Positions 17,695 to 26,511 of a stretch of 52,749 nucleotides of DNA are shown here, in pieces. Position 1 is the first letter of the stretch. Each line of letters begins with the position of its first letter. The notes under the pieces are model-generated. The model made no database searches. It worked only from the letters and a program-made list of their open reading frames with translations, and was not told the origin of the DNA. The DNA lies in NCBI GenBank assembly GCA_047624725.1, contig JBLHQB010000002.1, positions 1-52,749 of the forward strand, read 5' to 3'. Made by a program: the position numbers and the translations under genes. The stretch is from Patiriisocius sp. GTDB taxonomy: Bacteria; Patescibacteriota; Minisyncoccia; Phycocordibacterales; UBA918.

Positions 17695-18324
17695 ATGACT
17701 GCTGACCCACTAACAATACTGTTTGGAAGCCAAGCCCGAGTAAAACTCCTTCGGTTTTTCTTATTTAATCCATCAAAGGAATTTACCTTCGATGATATCT
17801 CTAAGCGAGCACGCTTAGTGCGTCGAACCGCACGAACTGAAATGACTGCGCTTGAAAAAGCGGGAGTAATTAAAAAGAAGCAAATCTATGTTCCCAAAGA
17901 GGAGGGGAGTGATGCAAAAGTTCGCGTGCAAGGGTATGCACTTGATAAGAGTTTCCCTGAGCTGCAGGCGTTGCAAACGTTCTTGTTTGAAACTGCGCCT
18001 ATTAATGGAAAGACGGTACTGAAGCATCTGCGAAAAGTGGGAGTGTTGGACTTCGTGGTTGTGGCCGGAATTTTTGTCCGTGACTTTGAGCAACGACTGG
18101 ATATCCTGCTTGCGATGAAAAAACTGACCAACGCTAAAATTGAAAATGCGATTCGCTCACTTGAGTCTGAACTCGGCGTAGAGATCCGCTTCGCTGCATT
18201 TAGTTCTGAAGACCTAGTGTACCGAGTGGGGATGTACGACAAGTTGACCCGCGACGTGTTTGATTACCCACATCAGATACTGGTAGACAAGATTGCAATC
18301 AAAGACGAATTGCCCCGAGGATAA
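17695..18324 (+). CDS. Winged-helix (ArsR/MarR-like) DNA-binding protein
   Basis: The N-terminus LFGSQARVKLLRFFLFNPSKEFTFDDISKRARLVRRTARTEMTALEKAGVI is wHTH-like. A terminator lies at 18331-18363. Confidence 0.6.
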   Translation: MTADPLTILFGSQARVKLLRFFLFNPSKEFTFDDISKRARLVRRTARTEMTALEKAGVIKKKQIYVPKEEGSDAKVRVQGYALDKSFPELQALQTFLFETAPINGKTVLKHLRKVGVLDFVVVAGIFVRDFEQRLDILLAMKKLTNAKIENAIRSLESELGVEIRFAAFSSEDLVYRVGMYDKLTRDVFDYPHQILVDKIAIKDELPRG

Positions 18325-18617
18325 AATATAGAAACCACCGCAATAGTATTGCGGTGGTTTTTTAGTAGGTGCTCTATATGTACCCGATATAAAACTTATT
18401 TAGTTTTTTTGTCTTTGGTCTGACAACCTCCTGTATAGAAGGGTAAAACCTGTTATGGACGCCCGCAGTAATAATATACGTTTCTTTACTTGTGTAACAG
18501 TAACGCTACAGGTAAAAAACAGCTATAAAAACAAAAGTTTTAGCGACTGTTTATCTCTGGAGATAATCGTATAGAGGGCTAATAATATGGGGGATTATTA
18601 ATGTTCAGATTAGATGC

Positions 18618-18645
18618 TTGACTTTATTTTCGATTGCTATAGAAT
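18618..18645 (+). promoter_or_regulatory. Probable sigma-70 promoter of the 23S-5S operon
   Basis: TTGACT (18618-18623), a 16-nt spacer, then TAGAAT (18640-18645). It is followed by a ~480-nt leader with at least 7 hairpins. Confidence 0.55.
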
Positions 18646-19348
18646 ATCGCCTACGTGTTTAGGAATGACTGCTAAACGAGTCGGGAAGAGCAAGAAGATT
18701 CACTTGAATTTTCAACCTCATCTAATGATTCTTTTAGGTCACAGTCATTCTAAAGAAACTCGCGATCGTTGACATCGTGAATAACTACTGAGGTCGATCC
18801 ATCTAGGATTGGACGGCCTCAGCTCAAAGTCCTACCATGGTCGACGCCTGGTAGGCAGGTTCGCATTGATTCCGTTACTCGTTATACAATGCGAACAAAA
18901 AGGTAGTTTGTTGGGTTAAGACAACAACGTTAGCTTAGCCGCTAACAGGGTCTTTTCGTCCCCAACAAACAATCATAGTTATGAGAAGTGCTGTATGGAA
19001 TTGCAGTAACCTTGTAACGCACATACCGAGTTTCAAAAAGTTAGTATTTATTCTTTTTGAAACAAATTTTCCTCAGAGCGTAGATGCTCTGAGGGATACA
19101 CTCAAATTAAATTGTACAGTGGTGTACAGCATTCCCTATGGGAATGAAGGGTGTATGGTGGATGCCTAGGCTTTACAGAGCGATGAAAGACGTGAAATGG
19201 CTGCGATAAGTTTCGACGAGGTGCCAATTAACCTTCGACTCGGAAATTTCTGAATGGGGAAACCCTACTACTCTTAGTAGTAACCTGCGTATGCAGGAGC
19301 GCACCCAGGGAAGTGAAACATCTCAGTACCTGGAGGAATAGAAAGCAA

Positions 19349-19434
19349 TATATGGAACTTTCGTTCTGGATTACACTATTTTGAATTTATTCAAAATGCC
19401 ATTGTATTCAGGACGAAGGTTCTTGCGATTCCCT
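19349..19434 (+). other. ~85-nt hairpin expansion segment in 23S domain I
   Basis: Inserted between GAAAGCAA and GCGATTCCCTTAGTAGCGGCGAGCG, relative to E. coli AAATCAACCGAGATTCC. It folds as one long imperfect helix: GGAACTTTCGTTCTGGATTAC.../...GTATTCAGGACGAAGGTTC. Confidence 0.6.
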
Positions 19435-19435
19435 T

Positions 19436-19470
<35 letters not shown>

Positions 19471-19694
19471 TACGTATTTATATGTGTGGGGTTGTAGGGC
19501 GGAGTTTGCATTTAGTTGCAGAGAGTTACAAATTGTATAGATAGCAAAACAAGCTGGGAAGCTTGACCCTAGTGGGTAATAGTCCCGTATGCGAAATTTA
19601 TACGACTCTCTTGATTCCGTTCCTGAGTAGTCCGAGACATGAATAGCTCGGATGAATCTGCGAGCACTAACTCGTAAGGCTAAATATTTGTAAA

Positions 19695-19740
<46 letters not shown>

Positions 19741-20301
19741 GGAGAGGGGAGTGAAATAGATCTGAAACCATACATCTACAAGGAGTTGGAGACCTGCGGG
19801 TCGACAGCGTGCCTATTGAAGAATGAGCCGGCGAGTGTACCTTTATCCTTTGTCTAAGTGGTAACCCCACGGAGGCGCAGTGAAAGCGAGCGTGAATAGC
19901 GCGACTATAGGGTAGGGGTACGACCCGAAACGGGATGAGCTTGCCATGAGCAGGGTGAAGCGGAGGTAAAACTCCGTGGAGGCCCGAACCGGTTGACCGT
20001 ACAAAATCATCGGATGACTTGTGGTAAGGAGTGAAAAGCTTATCGAATTCCGTAATAGCTGGTTCTCTCCGAAACAGCTTTTGGGTTGGCGTCGCGTGGT
20101 CCCTCTGGGGGTAGAGCACTGGAAAGAAAGAACAGGGTGAAAACTCGTCTTTCTTATCAAACTCCGAATACCAGCAGGTTATAGCGCGGCAGTTAGACTA
20201 TGGGGGAGAAGCTCCATTGGTCGAAAGGGAAACAGCCCAGATCGTCAGTTAAGGTCCCTAAATATATACTCAGTGCCAAATAAGGAGGTGAGGATTCACC
20301 A

Positions 20302-20336
<35 letters not shown>

Positions 20337-21188
20337 TAAAGATAGCGTAACAGCTCACTGGTCGAGAGTCCTTGCGCCGCAAATGAACGGGGCTCAAGTA
20401 TATTACCGAAACTACGGATTCGCATCTTCTTCGGAAGGTGTGAGTGGTAGGAGAGCATTCCATTCTGCAATGAAGCCAAGGCGAGAGCCGCGGTGGAGCG
20501 TATGGAAGAGAGAATGCCGGCACAAGTAACCGCAAGACGGGTGAGAACCCCGTCCGCCGAAATACCAAGGTTTCCTGGGCTATGTTGATCAGCCCAGGGT
20601 TAGTCGGTCCTAAGCAGATCCCGAACGGGGGATGCGATGGATAGCAGGTTAATATTCCTGCACACAGATTTCGTTCCGATGGAGGGACGGAGTGTTGTAC
20701 TTATAGCATCTTATTGGATTGGTGCTGGAGTGCTGAGGAGGTTAGATAGGCAAATCCGTCTAACAATACTCCGAGGTAAGTCTGAATGCAAAGCTACGGC
20801 TGAGCAAATATAGGGAGCACACTTCCGAGAAAAACTTCTAAGGTAGTACGCGATCTGTTCCGTACCCCAAACCGACACAGGTGGTAGAGTCGAGAAGACT
20901 AAGGCGAACGAGTGAGAGGTCCTTAAGGAACTCGGCAAAAAAGCGATCGTAACTTCGGGATAAGATCTGCCCACATACCTTCGGGTATCAGTGGGCCGCA
21001 GCGAAAGATTTCCTGGCGACTGTTTACCAAAAACACAGCTCCCTGCGAACACGTAAGTGGATGTATAGGGGGTGACGCCTGACCAATGCCGGAAGGTTAA
21101 ATACGGGGGGTGAAATGAACTTCGGTTTGTTTTGCTGGACTGTATAAGCCCCGGTCAATGTCAGCGATAACTATAATCGTTCTAAGGT

Positions 21189-21417
21189 AGAGCGCGTTTC
21201 CACTTCGGTGGAAGTACGCTCTACGGACTGGAACGATTGTAGATGTAAACAGCCCGAGCCATAGTTACCTTGCGTCCTAGTAATAGGCGCATAGTCCAAA
21301 CTAAACCAACAAGAGACCAAATGTTTAGCATCCGATCCTGAGCAATCAGAAGGATGAAGATAGAGTCCTGTTGTGCACGTATCAGTAAAGGCTGATACAT
21401 AAAAGAAGGAAAAATAG
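21189..21417 (+). mobile_element. ~229-nt ORF-less insertion at the E. coli U1931-equivalent site (probable compact group I intron)
   Basis: Splits CTAAGGT | AGCGTATTTCCTTGTCGGGTAAGTTCCGAC. The 5' exon ends in T and the insert ends in G. The border is ambiguous by 1-2 nt because of an AG repeat. Confidence 0.5.
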
Positions 21418-22077
21418 AGCGTATTTCCTTGTCGGGTAAGTTCCGACGTGCACGAATGGCGTAACGACCGGGAAACTGTCTCAAGGACCTGCTCGGTGAA
21501 AATACAATCCCGGTAAAGATGCCGGGTACCTGCAGTTAGACGAAAAGACCCCAGGAGCTTTACTGTAGCTTCGTATTGGGGCTGTTGAATTTATGTGTAG
21601 CATAGTGGGGAGACTTTGAAGCGGGCTTTCGGGTACCGTGGAGTCACCAGTGAAATACCCATCTTAAATTTGGCAGTCTCTAACCTGGTAGGACAAACCT
21701 ATTAGGGACAGTGCGTGGTAGGCAGTTTTAGTGGGGCGCTACCCTCCTAAAGAGTAACGGAGGGGTCTCAAGGTCAACTAGCCGCGAATGGAAACCGTGG
21801 CGATAGTGCAATGGCATAAGTTGGCTTGACTGTAAGGCGTAGATGCCGAGCAGATACGAAAGTAGAGCATAGTGAACCGATGGTCCGCTTTAGATGCGGC
21901 CGGAGATTACCCGATAAAAGTTACCCTGGGGATAACAGGCTAGTATTGCCCAAGCGTCCATAGCGACGGCAATGTTCGGCACCTCGATGTCGGCTCGACT
22001 TATCCTGGGGCTGGAGCAGGTCCCAAGGGTTTGGCTGTTCGCCAATTAAAAAGTCACGCGAGCTGGGTTTAGACCGT

Positions 22078-22379
22078 TTAGTTTCTGATATTATCGGAAT
22101 TTAGACCGTCTAAGTCCACTCATAACGATACATAATCGAGTTTTTCAGTCTATGAAATAACGAAGGAACCAACCAAGATCACGGCGGTGCATGCTAGCAA
22201 TAGTGTGTAACAAACTAACTTATATCGGTAGAACCCTACATCATTCACTAAAATGATCGGGCAATACCGAGGGAAGTTGCAAAACGCCCGTAGAGACTAG
22301 ACGTTAGACTTCCAGCGAATCAAATCTCTCTGGAAGATGATATAGTCCGATCCTCCAAGTAATTGGAGATAACACAATG
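22078..22379 (+). mobile_element. ~302-nt ORF-less insertion at the E. coli U2593-equivalent site (probable group I intron)
   Basis: Splits GCTGGGTTTAGACCGT | CGTGAGACAGGTTGG. The 5' exon ends in T and the insert ends in G. No ORF of 60 aa or more lies inside. Confidence 0.55.
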
Positions 22380-22521
22380 CGTGAGACAGGTTGGTCTCCT
22401 ATCTACTGCAGGCGTCGATACTTGACGAGATTTGTCCCTAGTACGAGAGGACCGGGATGAACTAACCTCTGGTCTACCTGCTGTCACGCCAGTGGCACCG
22501 CAGGGTAGCTATGTTGGGAAT

Positions 22522-22554
<33 letters not shown>

Positions 22555-22930
22555 AACTTGAAGATTAGGTATCATTAAGTCTCCTGAGAGATTATCAGGT
22601 TGATAGGCACTAGGTGGAAGCGCAGCAATGTGTGCAGCCGAGGTGTACTAATAAGACGTATTTCCCATGGGGAATGTTGTACAGCTACTGAACAATTTAA
22701 TTTTGTGTAGCGGTATGTGTAAATAGTCAGTTATGGATCATCTTTGATTGTCCATAACAAAAATGAGTGTAGTTATTGACGAAATCAATTGAATATCGCG
22801 AAATGGTATTCAAACAGCATATAATCGTGTTGTTTGATCCACTTCGGGACGAGATACTTTTGTATCTTTCTAAGGTAACCCTTAGCGTCCCGACCATTTC
22901 GCGATATTCAAGACCTTTATTGAAGGTTTA

Positions 22931-23042
22931 ATGTTGGTGCTTTGGCGGCGAGGGTCCACCCGTTCTCATTCCGAACACGGAAGTTAAGCTCACCAGCACC
23001 GATGGTACTACGAAAGTGGGAGAGTAGGTCGGCGCCAACATT
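22931..23042 (+). rRNA. rrf: 5S rRNA
   Basis: Helix I ATGTTGGTGC / GCGCCAACAT, plus CCGAACACGGAAGTTAAGC and GAGAGTAGG. It lies ~250 nt after the 23S. Confidence 0.9.
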
Positions 23043-23312
23043 AAGTTTTCAATACAAAAAATACCCAGACTTCGGTCTGGGTATTTTTTGTATTGACGCT
23101 ACTAAAGTAGCGACGACCGTGGAGGAGAGTAGATCCTCCTTACAGGAGCTGTGCAGGTTGTCACGACTTCTTCGATACTTCAGAAATCGCTGGCACTATC
23201 GCTTTACTCCGCATAAAGAAAATATAATCACCACGTTCTTTATTTTCCTAAACCTCTTGCGAAGTGACGTTAGGTCACTTCTCACGCCAACATTAAGTTT
23301 TCAATACAAAAA
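23033..23312 (+). repeat. 28-bp perfect direct repeat (5S 3' end + flank) bracketing a ~250-bp block that contains an H/stem-type repeat module
   Basis: CGCCAACATTAAGTTTTCAATACAAAAA occurs at 23033-23060 and again at 23285-23312. Each copy is followed by a different terminator hairpin. The block between contains CTTACAGGAGCTGTGCAGGTTGTC...GAAATCGCTGGCAC...AACCTCTTGCGAAG. Confidence 0.9.
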
Positions 23313-23352
23313 GACACACCGCGAGGTGTGTCTTTTTTGTTATACTATATCT

Positions 23353-23784
23353 ATGACAAAAAAGCAGTTGTATATTGTAATTGGGGTATTGGTGGCTTTG
23401 GTGCTGTTTGTGTTTTTTATGCCTGTGGAGGCTCCTTCTGAGCTCCAGGAAGGTGCACAGCAGTCTGCTGTGGATTCACTGACTGTAGAGGAAGAACAAG
23501 CTTTAGAAGCATCAGTTGCAAAGACTGTTGACGAACAAGAAGAAGAGCAGGTGGTGCTTGAGGGTATTTTCCTGAGTCTGACTGACGGTGCTGATGAACA
23601 CGGTAAGGAATTTAAATACCTTCTACTTAATGATGGGTCTGAGATATTGCGCGTGGACTTACGTCCTCTCATCGGGTATAGCGACATCGATGTGTTGCAG
23701 AAGCTTGGTGTTGACCGGAGTGACAGGATTACGGTTACTGGTGTGATGAAAGACGGTGTGTTTAGTGCTCAGGAGATAGAGTAA
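23353..23784 (+). CDS. Hypothetical membrane-anchored acidic protein
   Basis: The ATG at 23353 follows TATACT-N6. An N-terminal TM helix (LYIVIGVLVALVLFVFF) is present. The upstream part of track ORF 22942..23784 runs through the 5S gene and is artefactual. Confidence 0.6.
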   Translation: MTKKQLYIVIGVLVALVLFVFFMPVEAPSELQEGAQQSAVDSLTVEEEQALEASVAKTVDEQEEEQVVLEGIFLSLTDGADEHGKEFKYLLLNDGSEILRVDLRPLIGYSDIDVLQKLGVDRSDRITVTGVMKDGVFSAQEIE

Positions 23785-23805
23785 TAGTTTGGTACAATAG
23801 TGCTA

Positions 23806-25179
23806 ATGAATATTACTCGGCGTTGGGCCTTTTACCGTCGGATACAGTATGGAACGGGATTTGGAATTTTCTGGATGCTGATTTTTACGTTTGTATACAT
23901 GGGTGTTTTCCATGCTCCTGCAAGCTGTTATGACGGGCGGCAGAATGCGGATGAGCGGGGGGTTGATTGCGGGGGAGGGTGTACGCTTATTTGTGCGTTT
24001 GATGTAAAGCAGCCAACAGTACAGTGGTCGCGTAGTTTTAAGGTGACTGATGGGCAGTACAACGCGGTTGGGTATATTGAAAACAATAACCTGGTGGCGG
24101 CGTCACCGGAGGTACCGTACACGATGTCACTATACGACGCAGACGGATTGATTACGGAACGAACAGGGACTACTATCCTCCCATCAGATAGTGTGTATCC
24201 GGTGTTTGAGGCACGTATTGATACGATGGGACGAACGCCAACACAAACATTCCTGAAGCTTGGAGCGATTACGCAGTGGCTACCAGCACAGTCGGGAAGG
24301 GATCAGTTTACGGTACAGTCGCGGGAGTTGCTTAATGCTGACGCGCGCCCACGTCTTGAAGCATCTATTTATAACAACGCGCTGACTGAGGCTAAAGAAG
24401 TAGAAGTGGTTGCGACGATCTTTGATGCTCGTGGGAATGCGTTGACGTCATCACGAACGTTTATTGATAACTTTGCAGCGCGTAGTACGGAGACAGCGAT
24501 CTTCACGTGGCCTGAGCCGATTGCGAAGACTGTCCGCAGTTGTGAGGTTCCTACTGACATCGCGTTAGCGATTGATCTCTCAGGAAGCATGAATAACGAT
24601 GGAGGCGATCCACCACAGCCTATTACAGCGGTTCTCAGCGCTGCACAGACCTTTACCGCGCGACTGCAGACGGGTGATCAAGTGGCGCTCGTTACCTTCG
24701 CAACACAAGGGGTTGTTGAAAATACACTTACGGGAGATGTTACTGGTGTGGCTAATGCAATTGCTGCTTTGGTTATAGATCCTGAGGAAGAGACGGGGAG
24801 TACTAATACAGGAGAGGCATTACTTAAGGCAGCAGTGGAGCTGACGTCTACGCGACATAACCAAGAGGCGAGGAAGATTCTGGTGCTCCTGACTGATGGG
24901 TTGGCGACGGCACCCGATGAGAAGCCGGAGGAGTTCGCACTTGCAGCTGCCGCTGCAGCGAAGTCTAAGGGGGTGACGATTTATACTATTGGATTGGGGG
25001 AGAATGTGAACATGGATTTTGTGAAGCAGTTGGCAAGTAGTAAGGAGCAGGCGTATGCAGCGCTTTCTAGTGCTGATATTGATCGGATTTATCGAACTAT
25101 TACTGCGGAGATTTGTGAGGATGGCGCGGCGGTGATTGAGATAATTCCAAAGACCGACGCAGGCTTTCAGTCTTTGTAA
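23806..25179 (+). CDS. von Willebrand factor type A (vWA) domain membrane protein
   Basis: N-terminal TM helix, a MIDAS motif DLSGSMNND, and TNTGEAL, LLTDG and TIYTIGLG motifs. Confidence 0.8.
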   Translation: MNITRRWAFYRRIQYGTGFGIFWMLIFTFVYMGVFHAPASCYDGRQNADERGVDCGGGCTLICAFDVKQPTVQWSRSFKVTDGQYNAVGYIENNNLVAASPEVPYTMSLYDADGLITERTGTTILPSDSVYPVFEARIDTMGRTPTQTFLKLGAITQWLPAQSGRDQFTVQSRELLNADARPRLEASIYNNALTEAKEVEVVATIFDARGNALTSSRTFIDNFAARSTETAIFTWPEPIAKTVRSCEVPTDIALAIDLSGSMNNDGGDPPQPITAVLSAAQTFTARLQTGDQVALVTFATQGVVENTLTGDVTGVANAIAALVIDPEEETGSTNTGEALLKAAVELTSTRHNQEARKILVLLTDGLATAPDEKPEEFALAAAAAAKSKGVTIYTIGLGENVNMDFVKQLASSKEQAYAALSSADIDRIYRTITAEICEDGAAVIEIIPKTDAGFQSL

Positions 25180-25192
25180 AACTCAGTCATTG

Positions 25193-25268
25193 GTCCAGCG
25201 ATTTTCCCAAGGGGAGAAAAATCGGGACATAAATTCAAAATAGTCGCATACGCTCCTTTTTTATTTAA
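25193..25268 (-). repeat. Modular intergenic repeat family: degenerate L + short stem copy
   Basis: The reverse complement reads AAAAAGGAGCGTATGCGACTATTTTGAATTTATGTCCCGATTTTTCTCCCCTTGGGAAAATCGCTGGACC. Confidence 0.8.
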
Positions 25269-25384
25269 GATTATTCCCAAGACTGATGCAGGATTTGCTC
25301 TGTAATTAAACTCAAAAAGACCTAGAAAAATTATGTTTCTAGGCCTTTTACGTACCTGTGTATTTACCGTATACTTAAGGTTCT

Positions 25385-26509
25385 ATGAGGACACTCTTAT
25401 TGCTCTTTAAAGGTTTTGATATTTATCTGGTGGGGGCGTCTTTGCTTCTTACAGGGATGGGGCTGGTGACGATGTATTCATACCAGGGTGATAACTTCTT
25501 TTTTGAGCGGCAACTTATTTGGATTGGTGCGGCGTTTATAATTATGCTTTTGAGCATGATTCCGGATTATCGTTTCTTGAAAACGGGGAACACGACATTT
25601 GGAATTTTCTTGTTCTTTACGTTCTTGCTGGTGCTGGTGCTCTTTATCGGGGAAGTGACGCTTGGGGCGCAGAGTCGGTTTGACCTGGGGTTCTTTTCTT
25701 TGCAGCCGTCTGACCCCGCAAAGATCGTATTGATTGCGGTGTTGGCAAAGTACTTCTCTAAGCGGCACGAGCTTATCGGGGACTTCCGCCATATCATTGT
25801 TTCTGGTATTTACACGATGGTTTTCTTTGGGTTGGTGTTTATCCAGCCTGACTTCGGGTCAGCAATCATCCTCTTCTTTATTTGGTTTGGGATGGTGTTG
25901 GTTGCGGGTATTAAAATTAAGCACCTGGCGGTGGTGTTCCTCTTGGGTGCTATGGCGTTTGGCGCGATGTGGCAGTTCGCGTTCCAGGATTATCAGAAGG
26001 CGCGTATTGCTACCTTCCTTGATCCTTTGTCTGATATTCAGGGAGCAGGATACAACGCGTATCAATCTACAATTGCGGTTGGGTCTGGGCAGTTTACGGG
26101 GAAAGGTATTGGCTACGGAACGCAGTCGAAGCTGCAGTATCTACCGGAGTACGAGACTGACTTTATTTTTGCTGCGTTTGCTGAAGAGTGGGGAATGCTT
26201 GGTGTGCTGGTACTCTTTGGGTTGTTTGGGGTGGTGATCGCTAGACTTTTGTTGCATGCGATTGCGGCAGCGAGTAACTTTGAGCGTTTGTTTGCAACCG
26301 GGGTTGCTATCTTGTTTGTGAGTCACTTCTTTGTGCATATTGGTATGAATATTGGGTTGCTTCCGGTGACGGGAACAACCGTACCGTTCTTAAGTTACGG
26401 AGGAACACACTTGGTAACCGAGTTCTTGGGTGTTGGTATGGTGTTAGCGATGAGTCGCTTTTCAAAGACTCGACACGAGATTCCACATCTTTCTATTGTT
26501 GAGGAGTAG
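25385..26509 (+). CDS. SEDS-family peptidoglycan polymerase (FtsW/RodA/SpoVE)
   Basis: About 10 TM segments, with QPSDPAKI, PDFGSAII, EYETDFIFAAFAEEWG and PFLSYGGT motifs. Confidence 0.88.
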   Translation: MRTLLLLFKGFDIYLVGASLLLTGMGLVTMYSYQGDNFFFERQLIWIGAAFIIMLLSMIPDYRFLKTGNTTFGIFLFFTFLLVLVLFIGEVTLGAQSRFDLGFFSLQPSDPAKIVLIAVLAKYFSKRHELIGDFRHIIVSGIYTMVFFGLVFIQPDFGSAIILFFIWFGMVLVAGIKIKHLAVVFLLGAMAFGAMWQFAFQDYQKARIATFLDPLSDIQGAGYNAYQSTIAVGSGQFTGKGIGYGTQSKLQYLPEYETDFIFAAFAEEWGMLGVLVLFGLFGVVIARLLLHAIAAASNFERLFATGVAILFVSHFFVHIGMNIGLLPVTGTTVPFLSYGGTHLVTEFLGVGMVLAMSRFSKTRHEIPHLSIVEE

Positions 26510-26511
26510 GG

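Noticed and set aside
21189-22379. Homing endonuclease genes inside the 23S insertions
   Set aside because: No ORF of 60 aa or more lies inside either insertion on the sense strand. The only track ORF (21221..21484, minus) is antisense and crosses the exon border.
22942-23352. N-terminal 137 codons of track ORF 22942..23784
   Set aside because: This part runs through the 5S rRNA gene, two terminators and the repeat block. A TATACT-N6-ATG start at 23353 followed by a TM helix is the credible start.
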